Assembly: GCA_043809315.1 (NCBI GenBank)
Contig: JAZDDX010000020.1
Location: 32,001 to 96,000, forward strand
Direction of reading: 5' to 3'
Source of the DNA: Pseudomonadota bacterium
GTDB lineage: Bacteria > Bdellovibrionota_G > JALEGL01 > DATDPG01
Length of the DNA stretch: 64,000 nucleotides
Below, one piece after another: positions 30,681 through 39,637 of this stretch (the stretch's first letter is position 1; each line of letters starts with the position of its first letter). The notes beneath the pieces were generated by a model, which searched no databases, was not told the DNA's origin, and was given only the letters and a program-made list of their open reading frames with translations. A program made the position numbers and the translations under genes.

Positions 30681-32189
30681 CTAAAACAAGTACCTCAGGT
30701 CCATTCCCAGGAAGATGTTGTACCCCTCCTGGTTCTGGACGTACCCCTTCCCGGTGGCCCGCTCCAAAGCTGCGGTCGGCGAAACTACGAGCCGGCCGTC
30801 CGCCAATAACCAGTCAGGCTGAATCTCCAGCCGCACCCTTTGATCGGGAACCTGATAGGCGGGGTAAATCGTCTGGATCGGACTCCGGTCGGGGGCTTTC
30901 GACAACCGCTCGCGAATCTCGTACCCGAGGGAGGTCTTGAAGATGAAGCGAGGGGAACGGAAATATCGGCCGATGAAATAAAATCCCAAGGCACCGGGGC
31001 CGAGGGGAGTGCCGAGCGAACGTCCCTTGAACGTGAGGCCATCCGAAAACGAGCTATGCGAGTAGGCGACCTGCGACGTGCGGACCCACTCGAACGCCAG
31101 ATCCAATTTCCCCGCGGGATCGACCCTCGGAATCAGAAGGCCGGCCAGCGTGGCGAAGTCGCGCGGGTTCACCAGAGCCTTGCTGCAGCAGTCCTCCATC
31201 ATCGCCTCGAAATACGGTTCGATCCCCAAGTTCGGAATCCGGTACCGGCCGGTTAAGAGAAAGTTCCGGTTCGCGGAGGAGTTCCCTCCCTTTCCGAAGT
31301 AGTCGGTGATGATCACGGCCGGGTTGTTCGTTGAAGCACCGGTGCCGCCGAAGACAACCGTTCCGCCGATTCCGAACTCGAGGTTCGGTGTCGGGCTGGA
31401 ATCGAAGAAGAAGCCGAAGAGACGCGCATTCGGGAAATTGTAATGATCCCCCAGAAACGCCAGGAACCCTTCGAACTGCGTCGGACCCAGGAATTTCAGG
31501 AATCCGGGAGGGACGACCGGCTGATCGGAACGGATCCGCCCCATCCAGAGCGGCCTCGTGTCCCCCGAGAAAAGAAGATGGGTTGCGCGACCGTTCCCCC
31601 ATTCGATGTTCCCGAGTCCTCCTTCGACGGCGAGATCCCGGATCCGGATCGAGCCGAACCCCTCGCCCAGGAAGAACTCGGAGGCGTCCCCGCCGAACTC
31701 ATCGCGCGACGAGTAGAGGAAGTTGGGACGGGCCGAAAAACCGAAATACGGGGTCAACGTCCCCTCGATCCGGGCACCGATCGATTGCATGAACCCGCCG
31801 CCGTTAAACATCCCGCCGTTCTGCGCAAGGGACGGGTTGCTGGTCGCGGCGATCCCGATCAGCTGGATCGGGTACGATTTCACGTATGAGGTACCGATCT
31901 GAGTCTCCATCCGGAGATGAAGCGGGCCCGCTTCGATCGACTCGCGCCGGAGCCGTTTGACCTCCAAAACTTGAGATTCTTTCTCCGAATCATCGGTCAG
32001 TTCGAACCCCGTTAAGAGGGTCGAGTAGTAGTTTCGCGAGAGAACGGAGCTTGCGGAAACCCATCCGGTCTTCGTCTGCGCATGGAGGAGATGATCGATC
32101 ACCGAGAAGTCATAATCGGAATGCGAGAGGGTGAGTGCGAACACCGAAACCGGGGCCAACAGAATGAAAAGAATGCCGAGTCTTTTCAT
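30681..32189 (-). CDS. Capsule assembly Wzi-like outer membrane beta-barrel
   Basis: Signal peptide from ATG 32189; WGNGR..HLLFS...P, FLG..QFE.F and G.SLG.PLG motifs; terminal DLRYLF. Confidence 0.78.
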   Translation of the reverse strand: MKRLGILFILLAPVSVFALTLSHSDYDFSVIDHLLHAQTKTGWVSASSVLSRNYYSTLLTGFELTDDSEKESQVLEVKRLRRESIEAGPLHLRMETQIGTSYVKSYPIQLIGIAATSNPSLAQNGGMFNGGGFMQSIGARIEGTLTPYFGFSARPNFLYSSRDEFGGDASEFFLGEGFGSIRIRDLAVEGGLGNIEWGNGRATHLLFSGDTRPLWMGRIRSDQPVVPPGFLKFLGPTQFEGFLAFLGDHYNFPNARLFGFFFDSSPTPNLEFGIGGTVVFGGTGASTNNPAVIITDYFGKGGNSSANRNFLLTGRYRIPNLGIEPYFEAMMEDCCSKALVNPRDFATLAGLLIPRVDPAGKLDLAFEWVRTSQVAYSHSSFSDGLTFKGRSLGTPLGPGALGFYFIGRYFRSPRFIFKTSLGYEIRERLSKAPDRSPIQTIYPAYQVPDQRVRLEIQPDWLLADGRLVVSPTAALERATGKGYVQNQEGYNIFLGMDLRYLF

Positions 32190-32452
32190 TTCGCCGGCTC
32201 CGGAGACTTGTTGGGAAGTTGCGGAAGCGCAGGAGCTTCCGGCCCGATGACCGCTTCGACAGGTAGAACTTTCGGTGGCGGCGCCACCGGTTTTTCCCGA
32301 AGGGCGGAGTAGACCAATGCGCCAAGAAGGGCGAACGCCGTCACCGATGCGCCCCCCATCAGTGTGTATCGGACTTTGTTCTCGATCGACGCTCGGGACG
32401 ATCCGGGGATCAGCAAGATCGCCGATACGAGAAGAGCGAAAAGCCTCGACAT
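32186..32452 (-). CDS. Small exported/membrane protein with Pro-rich tail
   Basis: Signal peptide, one TM and a Pro-rich tail; ATGA-coupled to the Wzi-like gene. Confidence 0.65.
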   Translation of the reverse strand: MSRLFALLVSAILLIPGSSRASIENKVRYTLMGGASVTAFALLGALVYSALREKPVAPPPKVLPVEAVIGPEAPALPQLPNKSPEPAK

Positions 32453-32546
32453 ATCGGGCTCTTGTATCATCGTTTTTCCGATCGGGCGAACGAAACAGTC
32501 CCCGTTCCCGTGGCGGTCTAAGGACCAACCGTGTAATCTTATACAG

Positions 32547-32933
32547 ATGGGACGGCATCCGAGGGTACAGGCGGTGATGACCGTCCTTTTTCTGTTTTTC
32601 GTTCTCCCTTCTGCGACGGCTGGAGGCGACTGTCCCCGGAACGTTGCCCCGGAGATTTGTGCGGCGGCGGCTCAATTCCTGGCCGGCGCTTCGCCGGCAA
32701 ATAGCCGGAGAATTCACATCGATGAGATCGGAATGATCCAGGTCTATTTACACGTGACGAAAGCGAGCTCGAAGCTCCAGAAGAATCTCTCCCGTCTTGG
32801 TTTCCGGACGGATCTGTTCAACGCGAAACAGAGGATTTTCCAAGGATGGGCTCCGTCCCGCGAGATTCAGAAGATCGCGACTCTCCGCGATGTCGTTCGG
32901 ATTACCCTTCCCCGCTATGCGGTGCTTCGATGA
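32547..32933 (+). CDS. Secreted stand-alone protease propeptide-like protein (putative inhibitor/chaperone)
   Basis: Signal peptide; last 75 aa align ungapped (29/75 identical by hand) to the prodomain of the downstream protease; ATGA overlap. Start could be 32574 or 32577. Confidence 0.8.
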   Translation: MGRHPRVQAVMTVLFLFFVLPSATAGGDCPRNVAPEICAAAAQFLAGASPANSRRIHIDEIGMIQVYLHVTKASSKLQKNLSRLGFRTDLFNAKQRIFQGWAPSREIQKIATLRDVVRITLPRYAVLR

Positions 32934-35053
32934 GCGGCCGTATTCTTGCTCTGGCTTTGGTGTTCTCCCTATCCCCCGCACTTCATGCGGGAGACGTGAG
33001 CGGTGCTTTCAACGCGATACGGACGCAGCTCCGCGCGCACGGCGTGACAAGAGCGAATCCACGGCCACGCCTCGCGGAGCAGCTGAGTACAAGGCGGGTG
33101 CATGTCAGCCCCGCCGGTGAGCTTCAGACGTACATCCAGGTTTCGCGTTGGAGTCGGGAGGATCAGGCGGCTCTGCGCGCGCGGCATGTCCGCGTCGATC
33201 TCTCGAACTTGAATCTCGGAATCGTTCAGGCTTGGATTCCCAACGAGGAGATCGATCGGGTCGCTTCTCTCTCGTTCGTTCGCAACATTCGACCGCCGAA
33301 ATACCCCGTACTTCGCACCGGGGGAACGATGACCGAGGGGGATGCGGTCGTTCGGGGGGATATCCTCCGGGCTTCCGGCTTCACCGGAAGTCACGCGAGG
33401 GTCGGGGTGATCTCGGACGGCGTCGACAACCTCGCCGAATCGGTCGCCTCCGGCGATCTCCCGTCCGGAATCACGACGCACGGCACATGCACCATGCCGA
33501 CCACTTGTAACGAGGGGACGGCGATCCTCGAAATCATTCACGACATCGCCCCCGGGGCAGCCCTTTCGTTCGGCGCGGTTGGAACCGACCTCGAATTCAT
33601 TCAACGCCTGGACGATCTCGAGGCGGACAACTGCCAGATCATCATCGACGACCTCGGCTTCTATGACGAACCGGTATTCGAAGACGGTCAGATCGCCCTG
33701 GCGGTGAAAGCCAAGACCGACAGCGGGATCATCTATGTTTCTTCGGCCGGAAACGACGGCGAGAGCTCGTATCAGGCCGATTTCAATAATAACGGTGGAT
33801 ATCACGACTTTGGCGTAACGGCTGGAGAGACATCCGATCTCGGGATGAAGGTGTTCCTCCCCGCCGGCGGATGGTTCGATGTTTATTTTCAGTGGAACGA
33901 CAAGTTCGGAACGGGGGTCGTGAACGACTACACACTGGAGTTTCGTATCAACGGAACCCCAATCCCAACGCCGACCCCGATCCCCACGACAACCACCACT
34001 CCTACCCCGACGCCGATCGAAAATCCCTTGAGAATCGTGACTTTTCCCTACAACACGACCTACCCATCGGTTCAACACGTGGAAGTCCGCGTGAAGAAAC
34101 TCTCCGGCGCCGACCGGCGGATCCAGCTCTTCTTCATGGGGTATGGATACCCCGAGGAATACGTCACACCGCAGGGAAGCATTTTCGGCCATCCTGCGAT
34201 CGCCGACGTTCTCGCCGTCGGAGCGATCCGCTACAGCACGCCGACACAGATCGAGTACTTCAGCTCTCTGGGCCCGAGCCTGATCTATTACGACAACACG
34301 GTCGCCCCCAGCGGGACGCCAACGCCGTTCCCGACGCCGACCATTCGCGCCAAGCCGGACGTCGCCGGAATCGATGGCGTCTCGGTTTCCGGTGCGGGCG
34401 AATTCCACACCCCGTTCTACGGAACTTCAGCCGCCGCCCCGCACGTCGCGGCGGTTGCCGCCCTCCTCTACGATCCGGACATTTCGACCGACAAGATAGC
34501 GATCCGGAACGCGATCCGACAGAGCGCCGTCGATCTTGGAACTGCCGGATTCGATAACACGTACGGATACGGCCGCGTCGATGCCGGGAGAGCTGCCGCG
34601 TATCTCCTCGGCGATCAAACGAATCCGGATTCCACGATCACATCACCGACCGGCGACGTCACGATCGCACAGCACGATTCCGTGACATTCGAAGGAAGCT
34701 GTACCGACGCGACCTCCACCGCACACATGACTTACGACTGGTCGTTCAGCGCAGGTTCCGGAATTCTCGCTTCGACGGCTGAGAGCCCGGGGGCCGTCAC
34801 GTTCGCTGCCGTCGGAACGTTCCCGGTCACGTTCACCTGCACCGACCAGGTCGGGAATGTCGACCCCACTCCTGCGACGGTTCACGTGACCGTGACGGGG
34901 GTCGGAACGCCGACCCCGACACCCACCCCCGCATCCTCGGGTGGATCCTCGGGCGGGTGTGCCGCAGGTGCCAAAGGATCCCAATTGACTTTTCTCGCTC
35001 TCGCGTTGGTGGGGCTGCTTTTGCTGCGGAAACGCCGGCTGTTCTCCCCCTGA
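32930..35053 (+). CDS. S8/S53-like serine peptidase with PKD-like domain and C-terminal sorting signal
   Basis: Signal peptide; GVISDG, NEGTAILEIIHDIAPGA, SAGND, KPDV, FYGTSAAAPHVA and GYGRVDA motifs; tail SSGGSSGGC-TM-RKRR. Confidence 0.92.
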   Translation: MSGRILALALVFSLSPALHAGDVSGAFNAIRTQLRAHGVTRANPRPRLAEQLSTRRVHVSPAGELQTYIQVSRWSREDQAALRARHVRVDLSNLNLGIVQAWIPNEEIDRVASLSFVRNIRPPKYPVLRTGGTMTEGDAVVRGDILRASGFTGSHARVGVISDGVDNLAESVASGDLPSGITTHGTCTMPTTCNEGTAILEIIHDIAPGAALSFGAVGTDLEFIQRLDDLEADNCQIIIDDLGFYDEPVFEDGQIALAVKAKTDSGIIYVSSAGNDGESSYQADFNNNGGYHDFGVTAGETSDLGMKVFLPAGGWFDVYFQWNDKFGTGVVNDYTLEFRINGTPIPTPTPIPTTTTTPTPTPIENPLRIVTFPYNTTYPSVQHVEVRVKKLSGADRRIQLFFMGYGYPEEYVTPQGSIFGHPAIADVLAVGAIRYSTPTQIEYFSSLGPSLIYYDNTVAPSGTPTPFPTPTIRAKPDVAGIDGVSVSGAGEFHTPFYGTSAAAPHVAAVAALLYDPDISTDKIAIRNAIRQSAVDLGTAGFDNTYGYGRVDAGRAAAYLLGDQTNPDSTITSPTGDVTIAQHDSVTFEGSCTDATSTAHMTYDWSFSAGSGILASTAESPGAVTFAAVGTFPVTFTCTDQVGNVDPTPATVHVTVTGVGTPTPTPTPASSGGSSGGCAAGAKGSQLTFLALALVGLLLLRKRRLFSP

Positions 35054-35059
35054 TTCGGA

Positions 35060-35350
35060 CTACCAACCGTACGAGAAACCGAAGTCGCCGTCCGAATCGA
35101 TCCGGATCCGCCATTCCGGTTCCTCGCGGCGATAGATTCGCTCGCGCACGACCGGGGCGTAGTAGTACGGCCGATAATGCGGTCGGTGCCAGTACGGGTT
35201 GACCACCACCGGACGGCTGTAGGGATCCCAGCCTCCGTGGCCGTACCTTCCGTGGCGCCGGCCATGATCGGCGAACGCCGATGGGACCGCGGCGCCAAAC
35301 ACAATCAGAAGTGTGAGAGCGAAAACGATTTTTCCGAATCTCGATTTCAT
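35060..35350 (-). CDS. Small secreted His/Tyr/Arg/Pro-rich protein
   Basis: Signal peptide ending AFA-D; low-complexity mature region; AAGGA RBS; shares a promoter motif with the 39460 operon. Confidence 0.8.
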   Translation of the reverse strand: MKSRFGKIVFALTLLIVFGAAVPSAFADHGRRHGRYGHGGWDPYSRPVVVNPYWHRPHYRPYYYAPVVRERIYRREEPEWRIRIDSDGDFGFSYGW

Positions 35351-35381
35351 GGGGACATTTCCTTTCTTCATGACGGCTCCC

Positions 35382-35414
35382 ACAATACGGCACCCCCCCT
35401 GAACGGAAGCTGAA
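35382..35414 (-). promoter_or_regulatory. OmpR/PhoP-type direct-repeat box with -10 element
   Basis: Minus strand TTCAG-N6-TTCAG-N11-TATTGT. Confidence 0.7.
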
Positions 35415-35483
35415 TGCCCGTTGGGGCATTGCCATCTCGGGTCGGGTACCGCCGCCCCATGGAACATTTTAAGATTCATATGA

Positions 35484-35515
35484 TATCAATAAGTTATGAT
35501 GGCATAGCCATTGCG
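35484..35515 (+). promoter_or_regulatory. IHF-consensus site followed by a sigma54 promoter
   Basis: TATCAA-TAAG-TTA (WATCAAnnnnTTR) at 35484-35496; TGGCAT-AGCCA-TTGCG at 35500-35515. Confidence 0.68.
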
Positions 35516-35527
35516 TTACTTGCACTC

Positions 35528-36154
35528 ATGTTCAAGAATATGATCTCCTTCGGAACCCTCCTTTTTGCGCTCTTCTTCGCGTTCCCCTCGTACGCCCAGC
35601 AGGCCAAACCGTCCGACGCGTACTGCATCGCCTTGGGGGTCTTCATCGAAGCCGCGCAGAGCAACAAGATCTTGCTCGACTATATGCTCGACAATCCTCC
35701 GAAACCGTTTCAAGCCGACTCCACGCGTGCTGGCCTGGGAGTCCTTACGGCGGTCTGGCACAAAAGGCTCGAGGCCGCCGAGGACCTTTGGCAGGGCGAA
35801 GATCAATGCCCGAAAGCGAATGGACAGAAGGGCTCACTCCTTTTCAACACCCTGCGGTCGTTCATCATCAACTCCCACGCGATCGTCGAGAACGACTTAA
35901 GCGCCGAGGATAGATGCCTCGCCGCTTCATTCATGCACTACTTGTTCGAAAACGATCGGTGGATCAGCAAGAGCCGATCCTACTTTGAGAACTTCAACAT
36001 TGAGGCCTATCGGGCACCGACCAAACTGAAGGACATTATCGTCTACCTGAATCAAACCGTGAAGACCTGCCCGGCTTCCACGCGGCAGATCGGATCGGAT
36101 ATCGCACAGGAGTTATTGAAGCTTCGGGCTGAAAACTGGCAGTCGAGCGAATGA
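35528..36154 (+). CDS. Secreted hypothetical protein
   Basis: Signal peptide ending SYA-QQ; four Cys; start 35528 or 35540. Confidence 0.78.
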   Translation: MFKNMISFGTLLFALFFAFPSYAQQAKPSDAYCIALGVFIEAAQSNKILLDYMLDNPPKPFQADSTRAGLGVLTAVWHKRLEAAEDLWQGEDQCPKANGQKGSLLFNTLRSFIINSHAIVENDLSAEDRCLAASFMHYLFENDRWISKSRSYFENFNIEAYRAPTKLKDIIVYLNQTVKTCPASTRQIGSDIAQELLKLRAENWQSSE

Positions 36155-36648
36155 GAACGATCCTGACCGCCCTCTTTCTTCTCGCCTCTCTCTCGCTCGG
36201 GTGGAGTCCGGGAGCTTCGGCGCAGGATACCGTCCCACCCAGCAAGGTATTCGAATTTCTCCTCAAGGGGCTTAAGGCGGTCCGGGACAACGCCGGAAAA
36301 CCGGGAGTGCAGGTTTTCGCTCTGACCCTGAGCGAACGGGAAGATTCTGCTGCTGCTTCCAAGATCGTAAACAAACTCGAAGAAGCCAAGGTGAGCGTCG
36401 GCCAGCGACCTCTGACCTTCCTGATGTCGTACAAAACCCCTCTCCCGAAACCGAAATCGGAGCTTTTCATCCCCCTCGAAGACTCGTTGAAGAAGGCCGG
36501 CATCGACGATTATTCGATCTGGAGTGTCTTCGGATGCGTTGCAAACTGCACGCGAGGCAATTCGCTCGACTCGTCTGAAGTGATTGCGTTACGCCACGAG
36601 CTCTTGATGAAGGCGCGGGAAGAGCTCAAGGCCAAGAAGCCGAATTAG
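36151..36648 (+). CDS. Secreted hypothetical protein
   Basis: Signal peptide ending ASA-QD; ATGA-coupled to the previous gene. Confidence 0.78.
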   Translation: MRTILTALFLLASLSLGWSPGASAQDTVPPSKVFEFLLKGLKAVRDNAGKPGVQVFALTLSEREDSAAASKIVNKLEEAKVSVGQRPLTFLMSYKTPLPKPKSELFIPLEDSLKKAGIDDYSIWSVFGCVANCTRGNSLDSSEVIALRHELLMKAREELKAKKPN

Positions 36649-37943
36649 ATCGGAATCGAGAGGGAGACCTTTCCCCCTCCAGAGCCGCTCTCACCCAACT
36701 CGAGTTCCCCTTCGTAGAGATGCACGATCTCCGCGACGACCGCCAAGCCGATCCCCTCCCCCGCCACACGCCGATCGGCCCGCACACCGCGCCTCAAAAG
36801 CTCCCCGCGGTTCTCTTTCGGGAACCCGGGGCCGTCATCCTCGACCGTGATCCTCATCCGACCGATATCGACGGTCCCCGAGATCGCAACTCGCCCCTTG
36901 CACCACTTGGCCGCGTTGTCGAGCAGGTTCCCGAAGATCTCCATCAAATCCCCTTCGTCGACCGGCACCGCGACGGTCTCTTCAACCCGGTTCTCGAACT
37001 CGACCCCCTTTTCCCGGTAGACCTTCGAAAGCGCCGAGATCAACTTCCCCGCCACCCCCTTCGCCTCGATCCGTTGCGTGAACGCCGTCCTCCCGACCGT
37101 CGACGCCTTGCGGACCTGATAATCCAGGATCGTCGAGATCTGTTCGATCGGCCCCGCTTGACGCTCATCCCCCGCCGCCCGGAGCGCCGCTAGAGGCGTT
37201 TTCAAACTATGGGCCAGATCGTCGAGCGCGTGGCGGAACCTTTTCTGCTGTCCCCGCTCGTGTCGGAGAAGAGAGTTCAACCCCTCGGCCAGCGGATGAA
37301 GCTCGTGCGGCAGTCCGGTCCCGACCCCTTCCCGGTTTCCGGCACGGATTTCGTCGAGTTCATTCACGACTCTCTTCAACGGCCTCAGAACCCAATTCAA
37401 GAGAGCAAGCAACGTGATCAGAAGCAGGACGAAGGCACCGATCAACCAGTGAACGAGGGTTCCGTGAAAAATTCGGAGCTGATGAGAGTACTGCGCCCCA
37501 TTCTCGCGGACGTAGATCGTGAACTTCCGGCTCTTCTCCGGTTCCGTCGCCCACGACACTCCGAATCCGAGCAGAAATTCCGGTGATGGGGAGAAAGTCC
37601 ACTGCCCCGTTTCGACCGGTCCAGCGGGGAACGCTTGCCGGTTCTCCATCGACGGGGAGTTCCAGATCACCGCGCCATCCTCGCCAACGACGAGCGCTTC
37701 CAGCCCCGACCCTTTCGAGAAGAACCGTTGTTCCTGCACCGTCATCTCGTTTAAGACGAGCGGGCCGTCCGGCTTGGCGTCGATCGAACCGAGAAGGGCA
37801 TAGACCAGCCCCTTCATCTTCTCTTCCTGGGCCGAAACGGCGCTGGCGTGGAACGACCGGTTCAGCGCGACAAAGACCGAGAACCCGAAGACGGTGAGGA
37901 TCACGGTACCGGCGACGATCAGGCGGGAGCGAAGCGACTTCAT
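36645..37943 (-). CDS. PhoQ-like sensor histidine kinase
   Basis: Two TMs and HAMP; DLAHSLKTPL, GNLLDNAAKW, VEDDGPG and GIGLA motifs. Confidence 0.95.
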   Translation of the reverse strand: MKSLRSRLIVAGTVILTVFGFSVFVALNRSFHASAVSAQEEKMKGLVYALLGSIDAKPDGPLVLNEMTVQEQRFFSKGSGLEALVVGEDGAVIWNSPSMENRQAFPAGPVETGQWTFSPSPEFLLGFGVSWATEPEKSRKFTIYVRENGAQYSHQLRIFHGTLVHWLIGAFVLLLITLLALLNWVLRPLKRVVNELDEIRAGNREGVGTGLPHELHPLAEGLNSLLRHERGQQKRFRHALDDLAHSLKTPLAALRAAGDERQAGPIEQISTILDYQVRKASTVGRTAFTQRIEAKGVAGKLISALSKVYREKGVEFENRVEETVAVPVDEGDLMEIFGNLLDNAAKWCKGRVAISGTVDIGRMRITVEDDGPGFPKENRGELLRRGVRADRRVAGEGIGLAVVAEIVHLYEGELELGESGSGGGKVSLSIPI

Positions 37944-37946
37944 GAC

Positions 37947-38639
37947 TTAGGGCGCCGGCGTGCGCTCCAGCGTAAAGCGATAACCCCGCCCCCGCAGCGT
38001 TTCGATCGGATGGATTTTTTCGTCGGGATCGAGCTTCTTCCGCAGGCGCCCGATCAGAACCTCGAGAACGTTGCTGTCCCGCTCGGAATCCTCCGAATAG
38101 ATGTGTTCGGTGAGGTCCGTCTTCGAGACCACCCGGCCGGCGTGAAGCATCAGGTACTCGAGAACTTTGTACTCGAACGCAGTCAGCTCGATCGATTTTC
38201 CGCGGACCGTGACCGCCTGTCCGGCCGGATCGAGGGAAACCGGTCCGCAGGTCAGAATCCCCTGCGCCCAGCCGGCAGAGCGCCGGAGGAGCGCCCGCAT
38301 CCGAGCGAACAGCTCCTCCATCTGGAACGGCTTCACGACGTAGTCGTCCGCTCCCGCTTCCAACCCTTCTACTTTTTCCTGCCACCGGTTGTGGGCGGTC
38401 AGGATCAGGATCGGAAACTTCTTCCCTTGCGAGCGGGTCTTCCGGATCACCTCGAGCCCAGAAAGCTTCGGCAGACCGAGATCGACGATCGCGAGGTCGA
38501 GCGGATACTCCGTGGCGTAGTGAAGCCCCTCCTCACCGTCGGCGGCGACATCGACCGCGTACCCTTCCTTTTTCAGGCGCGTGGCTACTTCCGATAGAAG
38601 CGTCGGGTCATCCTCGATGAATAGGATCCGCATCTTCAC
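37947..38639 (-). CDS. PhoP-like OmpR-family response regulator
   Basis: IEDD, DLGLP, WQEKVEGLEAGADDYVVKPF, DSNVLEV.I.RLRKK and ETLRGRGY motifs. Confidence 0.96.
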   Translation of the reverse strand: MKMRILFIEDDPTLLSEVATRLKKEGYAVDVAADGEEGLHYATEYPLDLAIVDLGLPKLSGLEVIRKTRSQGKKFPILILTAHNRWQEKVEGLEAGADDYVVKPFQMEELFARMRALLRRSAGWAQGILTCGPVSLDPAGQAVTVRGKSIELTAFEYKVLEYLMLHAGRVVSKTDLTEHIYSEDSERDSNVLEVLIGRLRKKLDPDEKIHPIETLRGRGYRFTLERTPAP

Positions 38640-38905
38640 TCACCAGCGGAGGCGTCGACGTTCACGATCCGGACCTTCCCGTTCTGAAGCATCTTGATCC
38701 GGTAGTGGGCTCTCCCTCCTCCGTCCTGGATGAGATCGACGGAGAGAACTCTGCCTTCATTCTGACGCCGGGCTTCTTGCGCCGCCTGTCCGGGGGAGAC
38801 GAATCTTCTTCCTTTCCCGTGGATCGAGTGCCAACCCTGTGCGGAAGCGCTTCCGAAAGCCCCCAGGAGGACCAACAGCGGGACGATCGTGCGCCAACGG
38901 TTCAT
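38636..38905 (-). CDS. Small secreted PepSY-like protein
   Basis: Signal peptide; S..QAA......GRVLSV......YRIKML..GKV..V.VDA pattern. Confidence 0.82.
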   Translation of the reverse strand: MNRWRTIVPLLVLLGAFGSASAQGWHSIHGKGRRFVSPGQAAQEARRQNEGRVLSVDLIQDGGGRAHYRIKMLQNGKVRIVNVDASAGE

Positions 38906-38911
38906 ACCCTC

Positions 38912-39460
38912 CTATGGTGCCATGGGATCGACGGTGACGCGAACCCTAATTCGGTTGTCGGGACGATACGGCAGATGCGCGTGGTAGATCTCCCCGCGGT
39001 ATTCGTAGTCGACGTAATACCCGTCAATTCGCTCCTCGGTCCGAGAATGATTGATGGTCCGGCACTCCCGGACGTTGCGGACCTCCTCGTTCGAGCTGCG
39101 CCGGTTTGCACGGTCTGCAGACGACCCGCCGATGAAGGCTCCCAACGCCGCCCCCCCGACCGTAGTTGCGGGGCGGGCGTGTCCTCGTCCGAGGAGCGCC
39201 CCGAAAGCCCCTCCGATCAGACCGCCGGCGATCGCCGACCCTGCGACGGAGCGACCCCCTCCTTCGTGGATCACCTGGACCTCCCGGTCCCGGCACTCTT
39301 CTTCCGGCGACCAGAGATCGACCTGACGGATCAACGGCTCGACGCGGATGACGCGCGCCCAGTCGTAGGAGGATTCCCGAAGTTCAAACGGATCGGCATA
39401 GGCCGGAAACGGAAGCCCTGCCATTCCGATGACGAGGAACATCGCGATCGTTCTTTTCAT
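38912..39460 (-). CDS. Glycine-zipper 2TM protein (YcfJ-like)
   Basis: ARV..VEP, EC, glycine zipper and GYYVDYEY.G motifs. Confidence 0.88.
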   Translation of the reverse strand: MKRTIAMFLVIGMAGLPFPAYADPFELRESSYDWARVIRVEPLIRQVDLWSPEEECRDREVQVIHEGGGRSVAGSAIAGGLIGGAFGALLGRGHARPATTVGGAALGAFIGGSSADRANRRSSNEEVRNVRECRTINHSRTEERIDGYYVDYEYRGEIYHAHLPYRPDNRIRVRVTVDPMAP

Positions 39461-39466
39461 GAGTCC

Positions 39467-39499
39467 ACTCTACGAAACGATGGCTGAATGAAAGCTGAA
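39467..39499 (-). promoter_or_regulatory. OmpR/PhoP-type direct-repeat box with -10 element (likely autoregulatory)
   Basis: Minus strand TTCAG-N6-TTCAG-N11-TAGAGT, 6 nt before the ATG at 39460. Confidence 0.72.
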
Positions 39500-39536
39500 C
39501 GGTTGACAGCCTCGCCGGGATCGGCTGTATTTCGCT

Positions 39537-39632
39537 TCATCCAGCCGGGGAGCTGCCGAAAAGGCGGCTGAGAGGTCCGTGACCGGGCGACCCTACGAAC
39601 TTGATCCAGATAATGCTGGCGAAAGGAGATTC
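39537..39632 (+). ncRNA. TPP riboswitch
   Basis: GGGGAGC...CTGAGA...ACCC..GAAC-TTGATC-CAGATAATGCTG-GCG-AAAGGAG core; upstream of thiamine genes; TTGACA at 39503. Confidence 0.93.
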
Positions 39633-39637
39633 ACGGA

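Noticed and set aside
33955-34020. Pro/Thr-coding quasi-repeats as a DNA repeat or CRISPR array
   Set aside because: In-frame low-complexity linker with variable codons; no repeat-spacer structure or cas genes.
32969-34408. 479-aa antisense ORF
   Set aside because: Shadow of the subtilase gene.
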